From positions 1-26,628 of the forward strand of contig JBKPAK010000111.1 in the NCBI GenBank assembly GCA_046726415.1: a stretch of DNA of 26,628 nucleotides, given 5' to 3'. Below, piece after piece: positions 1 to 9,898 of this stretch. Every line of letters starts with the position of its first letter. Positions within the stretch are counted from its first letter, which is position 1. The DNA comes from Candidatus Methylomirabilota bacterium (lineage in GTDB: Bacteria > Methylomirabilota > Methylomirabilia > Rokubacteriales > CSP1-6). The notes below the pieces were generated by a model. It worked only from the letters and a program-made list of their open reading frames with translations. It had not been told where the DNA came from and ran no database searches. The translations under genes were made by a program, and so were the position numbers.

Positions 1-2
1 CC

Positions 3-671
3 CGCGTGCGCACGGCGGCCGGACCCGGGCTTGTGAACTGTAATGGGTTCCAGAATCCCGGACTCGAGGCGTTCCGCCGGACCTTGGCCCGCCTGCCTCA
101 TCGCGTCCCCTTCATCGTGAGCGTGGCCGGCGAATCAGCGGAGGACTATCTGGCGCTCGTCGAGGGGCTGGCGCCCAGCGGCGATCTTGTCGAGTTCAAC
201 ATCTCCTCGCCCAACACCGCGCTGGTGTACGCGTGGAGCACGCGGCCGCGTGACCTGCGATCCCTCCTGGAATTGGCGCGCCGCGCGTGTCCCCGCCCGC
301 TGATCGTCAAGCTCTCTCCGGACTTCCCCGAGGCCAATGAGCGCGAGATCATTCCCGCGGTGCTCGAGGCCGGCGTCCGCATCATCAACTACGGCAATGC
401 GCGGCGCGTCGTGGACACCCGGCTCTCCCAGGGCGCCGGTGGCCTCTCCGGTCCCGAGATTTTTCCCGCGACCCTCGCCAATCTGGAGCGCACCCGCGCG
501 CGCTTCGGTGATGAGCTTGAGATCGTCGCCACCGGTGGGGTCGACACGCCCGACAAGGCGCTGGCGCTGCTGCGCGCGGGAGCCACCGCCGTAGGCTACT
601 TCACGGGATTCGTCACCCGCGGACCGATGTTGGCGCGCCAGATCCTCGAAGCGCTGCTCGCCGCCCGCTAA
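3..671 (+). CDS. pyrD: Dihydroorotate dehydrogenase-like FMN enzyme, 5'-truncated by the window edge
   Basis: Motifs NCNGFQNPG, EFNISSPNT (family-2-type catalytic Ser loop), VKLSPD, GGLSG, ATGGV and AGA..FTGFVTRGP. The frame is open to the left edge. Confidence 0.75.
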   Translation, partial: RVRTAAGPGLVNCNGFQNPGLEAFRRTLARLPHRVPFIVSVAGESAEDYLALVEGLAPSGDLVEFNISSPNTALVYAWSTRPRDLRSLLELARRACPRPLIVKLSPDFPEANEREIIPAVLEAGVRIINYGNARRVVDTRLSQGAGGLSGPEIFPATLANLERTRARFGDELEIVATGGVDTPDKALALLRAGATAVGYFTGFVTRGPMLARQILEALLAAR

Positions 672-708
672 CCGATCGGCCAGAACACAAACCTCCCGGC
701 CCGCGGCG

Positions 709-746
709 TTTCCCACAGCTTTTCCACTTGTCCACAATCATCCACA
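709..746 (+). promoter_or_regulatory. Cluster of four co-oriented DnaA-box-like 9-mers
   Basis: TTTCCCACA 709-717, TTTTCCACT 720-728, TTGTCCACA 728-736 and TCATCCACA 738-746, compared with consensus TTWTNCACA and the high-GC form TTGTCCACA. Confidence 0.6.
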
Positions 747-910
747 AGGGGGGAATTTGACCATGTGGCGAGCCTTGGCACAGAGGCGTGCCCGAAAAGC
801 GACGGCGTCATCCCCCACCGCAGGCGGCCCCCCTGCAAATCGCCGATGATGAGCGGCTCGACGGCCATCGAGCCACCGCCCACGCGCATTTGACGCCGCG
901 AAATCAATGC

Positions 911-939
911 TTGAACACGCCGAACGACGCTCGTAAGTT
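911..939 (+). promoter_or_regulatory. Putative sigma70 promoter for the ORF at 1007
   Basis: TTGAAC (911-916), 17-nt spacer, TAAGTT (934-939), with an A/T-richer tract just upstream. Confidence 0.55.
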
Positions 940-1006
940 GAGTGGCGCTTTGCTGCGTGGGGTGACGGGAATTGACGGCGCGGAAACGCTGGAGAAGCGA
1001 GGAACT

Positions 1007-1249
1007 ATGGACGGCAGCCGAAAACCACTGGCGCGGGTCGAAGGTCGGCGTCGGTTGCGAGTGAGCGGAGTGACGGTCGCGTGGCGGGGCACGCGGGAGA
1101 TGGATGACTGGGTTGCGTACATCGTCAACGGGACGCGATCCAGGAAGCTGATTCTGGCCGATCACTCCTGCGAGCGGAAAGTGAAGACGCTGATGGCCCG
1201 ACTGCAGACGCTCTCCCGGAAGGAGATCGAGAAACTCGCCAAGGGCTAG
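1007..1249 (+). CDS. Small basic hypothetical protein (80 aa, MDGSRKPLARVEG...IEKLAKG)
   Basis: GAGGA RBS at 999-1003 just before the ATG at 1007, GC3-rich codons, upstream promoter and downstream hairpin. The ORF-track start at 788 looks over-extended. Confidence 0.75.
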   Translation: MDGSRKPLARVEGRRRLRVSGVTVAWRGTREMDDWVAYIVNGTRSRKLILADHSCERKVKTLMARLQTLSRKEIEKLAKG

Positions 1250-1264
1250 TGGCATCGCGGCATC

Positions 1265-1288
1265 GGGCCCTGGACATGGCCAGGGCCC
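1265..1288. terminator. GC-rich hairpin between convergent genes (possible bidirectional terminator)
   Basis: Perfect 9-bp inverted repeat GGGCCCTGG-acatgg-CCAGGGCCC. No U-tract. Confidence 0.4.
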
Positions 1289-1337
1289 CTGCGGTCGTGC
1301 GCCCCGGGGCGCCGTTCGACTCCGGCAGACCCCCGGC

Positions 1338-2012
1338 TCATATGATCCCGCGCTCGGCGAGGCTGACGTAGCCTCCGTGGCCTATCACCACGTGATCGTG
1401 AATTCGCAGATCCAGCAGGCGGGCGCATTCCGCGAGCTGACGGGTCAACCGGACGTCCTCGCGGCTCGGCGTCGGATCACCGCTCGGATGATTGTGGAGC
1501 AGGATCACCGCCGCCGCTGATTCGAGAATCGCCGGTTTGAAGACCTCCCGCGGATGCACGAGGCTGGCTGAGAGCGTGCCCTCAGACACGATGCGGTCGC
1601 GCAACAGGCGGTTCTGCGCATCGAGGAGAGCCACGCGGAAGACCTCGTGCCGGAGGTTTTCCATGAGGGGAGCATAGGCGGCGTAGACTTCGGCCGGCGA
1701 GGCCAGGCGCAGACGTGTTCCGGGTTGGCGGGCCCGCAGCCGACGCGTCAGCTCGAAAGCCGCGACCAGACGGGCCGCCTTGGCCGGGCCTATGCCGCGC
1801 AGGCGGGCCAGCTCCGACGCTTCGCGGCTCGCCACGTCGGCCAGCGAGCCGTAGGCGGCGAGCATCTCCCGCGCGACCTCCACCGCGGTGCGTCCCCGCG
1901 TTCCCGAGCCCAGCTGAAGGGCCAGCAACTCCACGTCGGCCAGGGCGGTGGGACCGTTCCAGTAGAGGCGCTCCCGCGGGCGCTCGCCCCCGGAAAGCCG
2001 TGCGCTGGCCAT
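1338..2012 (-). CDS. radC: RadC (UPF0758) JAB-domain protein
   Basis: RPRERL...LADVELLAL N-terminus, HhH GIGPAKA, VHPREVF and JAMM motif HNHPSGDPTPSRED..DH. Confidence 0.95.
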   Translation of the reverse strand: MASARLSGGERPRERLYWNGPTALADVELLALQLGSGTRGRTAVEVAREMLAAYGSLADVASREASELARLRGIGPAKAARLVAAFELTRRLRARQPGTRLRLASPAEVYAAYAPLMENLRHEVFRVALLDAQNRLLRDRIVSEGTLSASLVHPREVFKPAILESAAAVILLHNHPSGDPTPSREDVRLTRQLAECARLLDLRIHDHVVIGHGGYVSLAERGII

Positions 2013-2099
2013 GCCATCTCATAGCGAGGGCGTGGGGCGAGGTCAACGTCTCACCGGAGTGACGCCTCCGGACAGAGACATCGGCGAGATCGGGCGGAC

Positions 2100-2516
2100 C
2101 TACCCAGGGCGGCGCACGGTAATGGTTCGTGGCTCCTCTCCCAAGCCCTCGATGCGGACGCAGATGGTGCGCGGGGGCAGGAGTGCGATCAGCTTATCGG
2201 CCCACTCCACCAGGGTCACGCCGTTGCCGTCGAAGTATTCTTCCAGGCCGAGGTCGAGCAACTCGGTGAGACTGTCGACGCGGTAGGCGTCGACGTGGTA
2301 TACGGGCCAGCGGCCCCGGTATTCGTTCACCAAGGTGAACGACGGGCTCAGGGCCCGTTCCCGCACGCCCAGCGCACGCGCCACGCCCTGCACGAAGCAG
2401 GTCTTGCCTGCCCCGAGCGCCCCGCAGAGTCCCACGACGTCGCCGGGGACGAGCGTGCGACCGAGATCCGCGCCCGCCGTTTCGGTCTCTTCGGAGCCCC
2501 TGGTGACCACGGTCAC
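2100..2516 (-). CDS. tsaE: tRNA threonylcarbamoyladenosine biosynthesis ATPase TsaE
   Basis: GALGAGKT Walker A, SPSFTLVNEY, HVDAYR and VEWA. The GTG start overlaps the nnr stop (GTGA). Confidence 0.93.
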   Translation of the reverse strand: MTVVTRGSEETETAGADLGRTLVPGDVVGLCGALGAGKTCFVQGVARALGVRERALSPSFTLVNEYRGRWPVYHVDAYRVDSLTELLDLGLEEYFDGNGVTLVEWADKLIALLPPRTICVRIEGLGEEPRTITVRRPG

Positions 2517-4063
2517 GGCTCGGCCTCGGGCAACGCGCGAAGCGCCTCCGGAAGCGCTTCGATGACGTCGCTGGCCACGAGGGCCTCCTGACCGACGCGT
2601 GACGTCGCCAGATCGGCGGCGAGGCCGTGGAGATAGACGGCCCCTCGCAAGGCAGGTCCAGGTGCATGCCGCGCCAAGAGCGCGCCGACCATCCCGGTCA
2701 GGACGTCCCCCATACCCCCAGAAGCCATCCCGGGGTTGCCTGTCGGATTCACGAACGCTCGTCCATCGGGATCGCCGATCACGCTGGCCGCCCCCTTGAG
2801 CACGACGTGAACGCCGTGCGCCACCGCGAAGCGCCGTACGCTCTCGACGCGATCGCGCTGGACGTCGGCCACCGCCACGCCGAGCATGCGCGCCATCTCG
2901 CCCGGATGCGGGGTGAGGCATCGCGGACCGCGGGCTCGACCCAGAACCTGCAGGTGGCCGGCCAGAGCAGAGAGCGCGTCGGCGTCGACCACCATCGGTT
3001 GCGTCACGTCCTCGATCAGCCGACGGGCCGCTTCTTGCGTGTCCGCCTCGAGGCCCAATCCAGGTCCCAGGGCCATCGCCTGGCGGGTTTCCGCCAGCCG
3101 TCGGATCTTCTCCACCGCCTCGAGCGAAATCGCTCCCTCCCTCGTCTCGGCCAGGGGTTCGGTCATGGGTTCGAGCAGAAGGCCCGCCACGACGGGCTGC
3201 TGACTTGCCGCCGTTCCTACCGTGACAAGACCAGCGCCAATGCGCATGGCCGCCTGCGCGGCGAGGGCGGCCGCACCCGTCTTTCCCCGCGACCCTCCGA
3301 CGATGAGCAGGTGACCATACGTTCCCTTGTGCGCCTCGCGCGGGCGGTCGGGAAAGAGGGGGCGGACGTCTGAGCGCTCCACGAGAAACGTCGCTATCCC
3401 CGAGGCGACCTCATCCTCCGGGATGCCGATCGGCACCACGCGGACGCGCCCGGCCAGCGCGGCTCCCGGTCCCATCACGAGCCCGCGTTTCAGAGCAGCA
3501 AAGGTTGCCGTCGCAGTCGCGCAGACGGCTGGCCCCGGCGTGGGGTCGCCATCGGCCGACGCGCCCGAGGGGAGATCGAGGGCGACCACGGGGCGGCCGC
3601 TGGCGTTGATCAGCTCGATCATTCGCGCGGTGAGGCCCGTGGCCGCGCCGCGGGTGCCGGTGCCCAGCAAGGCATCGACGATCACATCGGCGCGGCCGAG
3701 CTGCGCGGCCACCATCGCCTCGTCCTCGATCCGCCGAGGCCGCAGGCCGACCCGGCGCAACTCGCTGAGCTTCACCGCAGCCTCGCCTCGGATCTCAGAG
3801 GGCGGGGCCGTTAACCATACGGTCGGGCGAGCGCCCGCGCGCTTCAGCCAACGCGCGGCCACGAAGCCGTCGCCGCCGTTGCCGCCCTTGCCGCAGACGA
3901 TCTCGACCCGCCCACCACGGCGGCGCGGACCGAGGACCTCGACAATGACGTCGGCGGCGCCGCGGCCGGCGTGCTCCATCAGTGCGGCCGCGGGAATGCC
4001 GAGGGCGGTGGTGGCGCGTGCGTCCAGTCGGCGCATCTCCTCCGCGGTGAACAGCGGACGCAC
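2513..4063 (-). CDS. nnr: Bifunctional NAD(P)H-hydrate epimerase/dehydratase
   Basis: YjeF_N domain (LMEHAG, GKGGNGGDG, DALLGTG, DLPSG) fused to a carbohydrate-kinase-like domain (HKGTYG, DADAL, TPHPGE, GGMGDVLTG). Confidence 0.93.
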   Translation of the reverse strand: MRPLFTAEEMRRLDARATTALGIPAAALMEHAGRGAADVIVEVLGPRRRGGRVEIVCGKGGNGGDGFVAARWLKRAGARPTVWLTAPPSEIRGEAAVKLSELRRVGLRPRRIEDEAMVAAQLGRADVIVDALLGTGTRGAATGLTARMIELINASGRPVVALDLPSGASADGDPTPGPAVCATATATFAALKRGLVMGPGAALAGRVRVVPIGIPEDEVASGIATFLVERSDVRPLFPDRPREAHKGTYGHLLIVGGSRGKTGAAALAAQAAMRIGAGLVTVGTAASQQPVVAGLLLEPMTEPLAETREGAISLEAVEKIRRLAETRQAMALGPGLGLEADTQEAARRLIEDVTQPMVVDADALSALAGHLQVLGRARGPRCLTPHPGEMARMLGVAVADVQRDRVESVRRFAVAHGVHVVLKGAASVIGDPDGRAFVNPTGNPGMASGGMGDVLTGMVGALLARHAPGPALRGAVYLHGLAADLATSRVGQEALVASDVIEALPEALRALPEAEP

Positions 4064-4172
4064 GGGTTACCGCGAGGCCGAGAGGCGAACGGCCTGAGGG
4101 CGAACGTCGGAGAGGATTCCGATGGGCCGCACGGGCGCGGTGCCAGTCGGGAACGGCGGCCCGGCGGCCACC

Positions 4173-4616
4173 TTAGCGGGCCGCCGCGCCTGCACCGGGC
4201 GTATCGCCCGTCGAGATGCTCGTTCCCATCCCGTCGTCATCCACGAGCATCGCCTGGGCCATCGCATAGTCGCCGTCGTGGGTGAGGGCAAGCAGCATGC
4301 GCCGACCGCCGCGAGTGAGACCGATTTCGCGCGACCGGCCGGACAGCACGAGCGACGGCGGTTCTCCCCGGTCGCGCCGAACCTCCAGCTCGCGCCACTT
4401 GATACCCAGCGAGAGGCCCGTGCCGAGGGCCTTAAGGCCGGCCTCCTTGGCGGCAAAGCGGGCGGCGAAGTGCGGCACCGGGTCGCGCCGGGCCCGACAG
4501 TAAGCGATCTCACCGTCCGTGAAGACCCGCCGGAGGAAGCGCTCGTCCCAGCGCGTGATCACCTCGCGCATGCGGGAGATAGGCACGAGGTCGATGCCGA
4601 CGCCTTTGACGCTCAT
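4173..4616 (-). CDS. acpS: Holo-ACP synthase
   Basis: GVGIDLV, FTDGE, AARFAAKEA.LKALGTG and LTHD motifs, plus a short low-complexity C-terminal tail. Confidence 0.93.
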   Translation of the reverse strand: MSVKGVGIDLVPISRMREVITRWDERFLRRVFTDGEIAYCRARRDPVPHFAARFAAKEAGLKALGTGLSLGIKWRELEVRRDRGEPPSLVLSGRSREIGLTRGGRRMLLALTHDGDYAMAQAMLVDDDGMGTSISTGDTPGAGAAAR

Positions 4617-5962
4617 GAGCGGCCGATGGCCGTCTGAATCAGACGGGCCAGCTCGTCGGCCATCATGCGGATCCGCACGTCATCCGGCCCCTCGATCATC
4701 ACGCGGACCAGTGGTTCGGTGCCCGAGTAGCGGACCAGGATGCGTCCGGCACCGTTCATCTCCTGCTCCAGTTCACGCACCCGGCCTGGGAGCCCGGCCA
4801 ATGACTCGATCGGAGGTTTACGGGCCACCGGGATGTTCCGGAGGACCTGGGGGAACTTCCGCATGCAACTGGCGAGCGAGGCCAGCGGCTGTCCGGTTTC
4901 CGTGACGACCGAGAGCAGCGCCAGCGCGGACAGGATGCCATCGCCGGCCGGGGCGTGGTCGAGAAACAGGATGTGGCCCGACTGTTCGCCCCCCAGGCTC
5001 GCGCCCGTCCGTTGCATCTCCTCGAAGACGTAGCGATCGCCGACCTGAGTCCGGGTGACGCGGATCCCCTCCGCGCCGAGCGCCACCTCCAGCCCGAGAT
5101 TCGCCATGACCGTGGTCACCACAATCTTTTCGCGGAGGCGCCCCGCCGCGGCCAGGTGACGGCCCGCGATGGCCAACACGTAGTCGCCGTCCCGGATGGT
5201 TCCCGCGTGATCGACGGCGATGAGCCGGTCGCCGTCGCCGTCGAAGGCGAAGCCGATGGAGGCGCCTCGTTTCGTCACCCACGTCTGAAGGCCTTCGGGA
5301 TAGAGGGCGCCCACACGCTCGTTGATGTTGGCCCCGGTGGGGGAAGCCCCCATCGTGGTCACGCGCGCGCCCAGGCGCCGAAACACCTTTGGGGCCACCC
5401 GATAGGTGGCACCGTGGGCGCAGTCCAGGGCAATGGTCATCCCGCCGAGGTCGAGGGGAAAGCAACGGCACAGGAAGTCGACGTAGTCGGTCTCTGCCCG
5501 ATCATAGGTCACCAGACGCCCGATGTGCTCGCGGCGGGCGCGGGGCGCGCGGTCGGAACCGATGAGCCGCCCTTCGATCTCGGCCTCCCAGGCGGTGGGG
5601 AACTTCGTACCCGTCGACGTGAAGAGCTTGATGCCGTTGTCCTCGAAGGGATTGTGAGAGGCGGTGAACACCACGCCGCCCTGAGCGTCGAGGGTGCGCG
5701 TCAGAAACGCAATGGCCGGTGTGGGCAGCACTCCGGCCATGTAGCAATCGGCCCCGGCCGAGAGCGCGCCTGCGGTGAGTGCCGCCTCGAGCAGCGGACC
5801 CGACCGCCGCGTGTCGCGGCCCAGGACGAGCCGCACTCGGTCCGTTCCGTGTCCCTGGAGGTTGGCCACCAGCTCGCGACCGACCCGATACGCCAGCTCC
5901 GGAGTCAGCGGTTCTTCGTTGGCGACCCCCCGGATCCCATCCGTCCCGAACAGCTGCGTCAC
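4613..5962 (-). CDS. glmM: Phosphoglucosamine mutase
   Basis: FGTDG, TASHN (phospho-Ser), DGDGDR, GGEQSGH and RYSGTEP. Confidence 0.95.
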   Translation of the reverse strand: MTQLFGTDGIRGVANEEPLTPELAYRVGRELVANLQGHGTDRVRLVLGRDTRRSGPLLEAALTAGALSAGADCYMAGVLPTPAIAFLTRTLDAQGGVVFTASHNPFEDNGIKLFTSTGTKFPTAWEAEIEGRLIGSDRAPRARREHIGRLVTYDRAETDYVDFLCRCFPLDLGGMTIALDCAHGATYRVAPKVFRRLGARVTTMGASPTGANINERVGALYPEGLQTWVTKRGASIGFAFDGDGDRLIAVDHAGTIRDGDYVLAIAGRHLAAAGRLREKIVVTTVMANLGLEVALGAEGIRVTRTQVGDRYVFEEMQRTGASLGGEQSGHILFLDHAPAGDGILSALALLSVVTETGQPLASLASCMRKFPQVLRNIPVARKPPIESLAGLPGRVRELEQEMNGAGRILVRYSGTEPLVRVMIEGPDDVRIRMMADELARLIQTAIGRS

Positions 5963-6828
5963 TCTCCCCTCCCCTCTCGCCCGGCCTCGCGAATTCGGGC
6001 CGCCACCCGCACGGCGTCCAGCGTCTCACGCACGTCGTGCGTGCGAATCAACGACGCGCCATGGACCACCGCGACGGCCGCGGCGGCAAGCGAGCCAGCC
6101 AGACGATCCCCGGGGGAGGCGCCGCCGGTGATCGCGCCGATGAAGGACTTTCGCGACACGGCGACGCAGAGCGGCCGGCCCAGGTCGAGGAGGGACTCGA
6201 GGCGGGCGAGGACCGTCACATCCCAGTCCACCCACGAGACCGGGCCGTGGCGAAAGAAGCCAATGCCCGGATCCAACATGATGTGCTCGTCCTGGACGCC
6301 CGCTGCCCGCGCCCGGGCCAGCGCCCGACACAGGCACGTCGCCACGGTGGCCATCGGCCCGACCTTGGCGGAGTCGCCGGGCACCGGCGAGGCCATCGCG
6401 ATCAGCCCAACCTCCCAGTCGGCCACCAGGCGTGCCAAAGCCGGATCGGCAACACCGGAGACGTCATTGATCACCCGAGCGCCCGCCTCCAGGGCGGCTC
6501 GGGCCGAGCGAACACTGGCGGTGTCCGCGGAAACGGGGACGTCGAGCTTCGTGGTCAGCCGGCTCACCGCCCGGCGGAGTCGCTCGATCTCGTCGTCTTC
6601 GTCGATGGTCGTGGGCAGGTAGGGAGCGGTGGAGCGTGCGCCGACGTCGATCAGCGCGGCTCCCGCCTCGACCATTTGCCGGGCGGCATCGAGGAGCGCC
6701 TCCGGGTCGACATGGACGGAGCCAGCGTAGAAGGACTCGGGGCTGACGTTGAGGGCTCCCATGACCGCGGCCGGCCGATCACCGCCGAAGGGGATACCCG
6801 CCAGCTCCGCGTACCCTCGCGCGATCAC
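5959..6828 (-). CDS. folP: Dihydropteroate synthase (divergent)
   Basis: MGALNVSPESF, DVGARSTAP, SADT, INDVSG, DPGIGF, SRKSF and IRTHDV, in the usual ftsH-folP-glmM synteny. GTG start chosen at 6828. Confidence 0.88.
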   Translation of the reverse strand: MIARGYAELAGIPFGGDRPAAVMGALNVSPESFYAGSVHVDPEALLDAARQMVEAGAALIDVGARSTAPYLPTTIDEDDEIERLRRAVSRLTTKLDVPVSADTASVRSARAALEAGARVINDVSGVADPALARLVADWEVGLIAMASPVPGDSAKVGPMATVATCLCRALARARAAGVQDEHIMLDPGIGFFRHGPVSWVDWDVTVLARLESLLDLGRPLCVAVSRKSFIGAITGGASPGDRLAGSLAAAAVAVVHGASLIRTHDVRETLDAVRVAARIREAGREGRGE

Positions 6829-6859
6829 AGGACTCGTGCCAGGACCGCGCCCGCGACGC

Positions 6860-8677
<1,818 letters not shown>

Positions 8678-8685
8678 CGCACGTC

Positions 8686-8694
8686 AGTATAGCA
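8686..8694 (-). promoter_or_regulatory. Extended -10 promoter directly upstream of ftsH
   Basis: TGCTATACT (TGnTATACT) on the minus strand, ending 8 nt before the ftsH ATG. Confidence 0.55.
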
Positions 8695-8729
8695 CTGCAC
8701 CTCCGTGACGCATCGCGTTGCCAGTCCGC

Positions 8730-9272
8730 TCAGGTCTCCTCGAGCACGGCCACATAGGGGAGATTGCGGAAGACCCCGCCGTGATCGAAGCCGTACCCGA
8801 CCACATAGACGTTGGGGATGGTGAAACCGATGTAGTCCACCGATACCTGGATCTGCCTCCGTTCGACCTTGTCCGCCAGCACGCAGGCGCGCACGCTTCG
8901 CGGGTGCCGCGCCTCGAGGTTGCGCTTGAGATAGGCGAGGGTCAGCCCCGTATCCACGATGTCCTCGACGATCAGGACGTCGCGGTCCTCGACGGACATG
9001 GACAGGTCCGAGACGAGCCGCACCTGTCCCGATGACGTCGTCCCACTGCCGTAGCTCGAGAGGCCAATGAAGTCAGTGGTGAGATCGATGGAAATGGCCC
9101 GAATGAGGTCGGCCATAAAGAGAAACGCCCCTTGGAGAACCCCGACCAGGACGGGATTCTGCCCCGCGTAGTCGCGCCCGATTTCCTTGCCCAGCTCGGC
9201 GACGCGGGCGCGAAGCTGATTCTCGCTGATGACAATCCGACCGGGTCGCGGCCCCTCAGCGGGGCGTGACAT
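8730..9272 (-). CDS. hpt: Hypoxanthine phosphoribosyltransferase
   Basis: GVLQGAFLFMADL, SSYG, PRPP motif VEDIVDTGLT and VVGYGFD. The ATG at 9272 overlaps the upstream stop. Confidence 0.95.
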   Translation of the reverse strand: MSRPAEGPRPGRIVISENQLRARVAELGKEIGRDYAGQNPVLVGVLQGAFLFMADLIRAISIDLTTDFIGLSSYGSGTTSSGQVRLVSDLSMSVEDRDVLIVEDIVDTGLTLAYLKRNLEARHPRSVRACVLADKVERRQIQVSVDYIGFTIPNVYVVGYGFDHGGVFRNLPYVAVLEET

Positions 9273-9897
9273 AAGGCGCGCCGGGCCCGGGCAGCCGTGA
9301 GGCGGCGGCGAGGGCCGCCTCACGCGTGGGGTACGACCCCACGCGAACCCGGAAGCGCGGCGCGCCGGGCGGAGCCTCGCTCTCGACGATGTACGCGTCG
9401 TGCCCGGCCGCGCTGACGGTGTTGCGGAGCGCTTCCGCAGAGGCCTTGGCGCTGTAGGCCGCGATCTGCACGGTGAAGCGAGGCCCGACGCCCGTCGGCT
9501 CGGTCCGCCGGGCGGGCGGGACGTCGGTTCGCCGGTCGCTCCTGGCCACGCGATCGTCGGATCGAGGGGCCGGGCTGTCGAATCGATCGGGCGGGCGACG
9601 GGGTTCGTTCGCCGCCCCCTTCGCCGGGGGCGGCGCAAAGGGTAACGGTGCGGTCAACTCTTCGTAGAACGTGAGCGCCGTGGTCGGTGGGGCCGCTACG
9701 GTGCCACGCCGCCCTGCCGTGTCGCTGCCGGTCGCGGGCGCTGCAGGCTGAGCCGCCGCGATGGATAACCGGGTCCAATACCTTCCGCTGTAGAAGCCGG
9801 CACCGAAGGTGAAGCCGAGCACGCCGAGGCAGCCGACGACGGCGAGGATCGATCCGATCCGACTGGGCGGAGGTGGCGATCGTCGCGAGTCCGTCAT
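9256..9897 (-). CDS. Bitopic SPOR-domain (FtsN-like) cell-division protein
   Basis: N-terminal TM helix, LTFYEEL motif, Pro/Arg-rich linker and a C-terminal SPOR domain (FTVQIAAY...FRVRVGSY), in the common argS-SPOR synteny. Confidence 0.85.
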   Translation of the reverse strand: MTDSRRSPPPPSRIGSILAVVGCLGVLGFTFGAGFYSGRYWTRLSIAAAQPAAPATGSDTAGRRGTVAAPPTTALTFYEELTAPLPFAPPPAKGAANEPRRPPDRFDSPAPRSDDRVARSDRRTDVPPARRTEPTGVGPRFTVQIAAYSAKASAEALRNTVSAAGHDAYIVESEAPPGAPRFRVRVGSYPTREAALAAASRLPGPGAPYVTPR

Positions 9898-9898
9898 G

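Noticed and set aside
775..792. Possible sigma54 promoter TTGGCACAGAGGCGTGC
   Set aside because: GG-to-GC spacing is 11 nt, not the strictly required 10.
913..933. LexA-box-like GAAC repeats in the promoter spacer
   Set aside because: Spacing matches neither GAAC-N4-GTTC nor GAAC-N7-GAAC.
672..1006. oriC call
   Set aside because: DnaA-like boxes are present but there is no DUE, DnaA-trio run or dnaA/dnaN neighbourhood. Reported only as a box cluster.
1338..2012. radC as a mobile-element or anti-restriction marker
   Set aside because: It is the full-length chromosomal form with the HhH N-terminus, at the end of a housekeeping operon.
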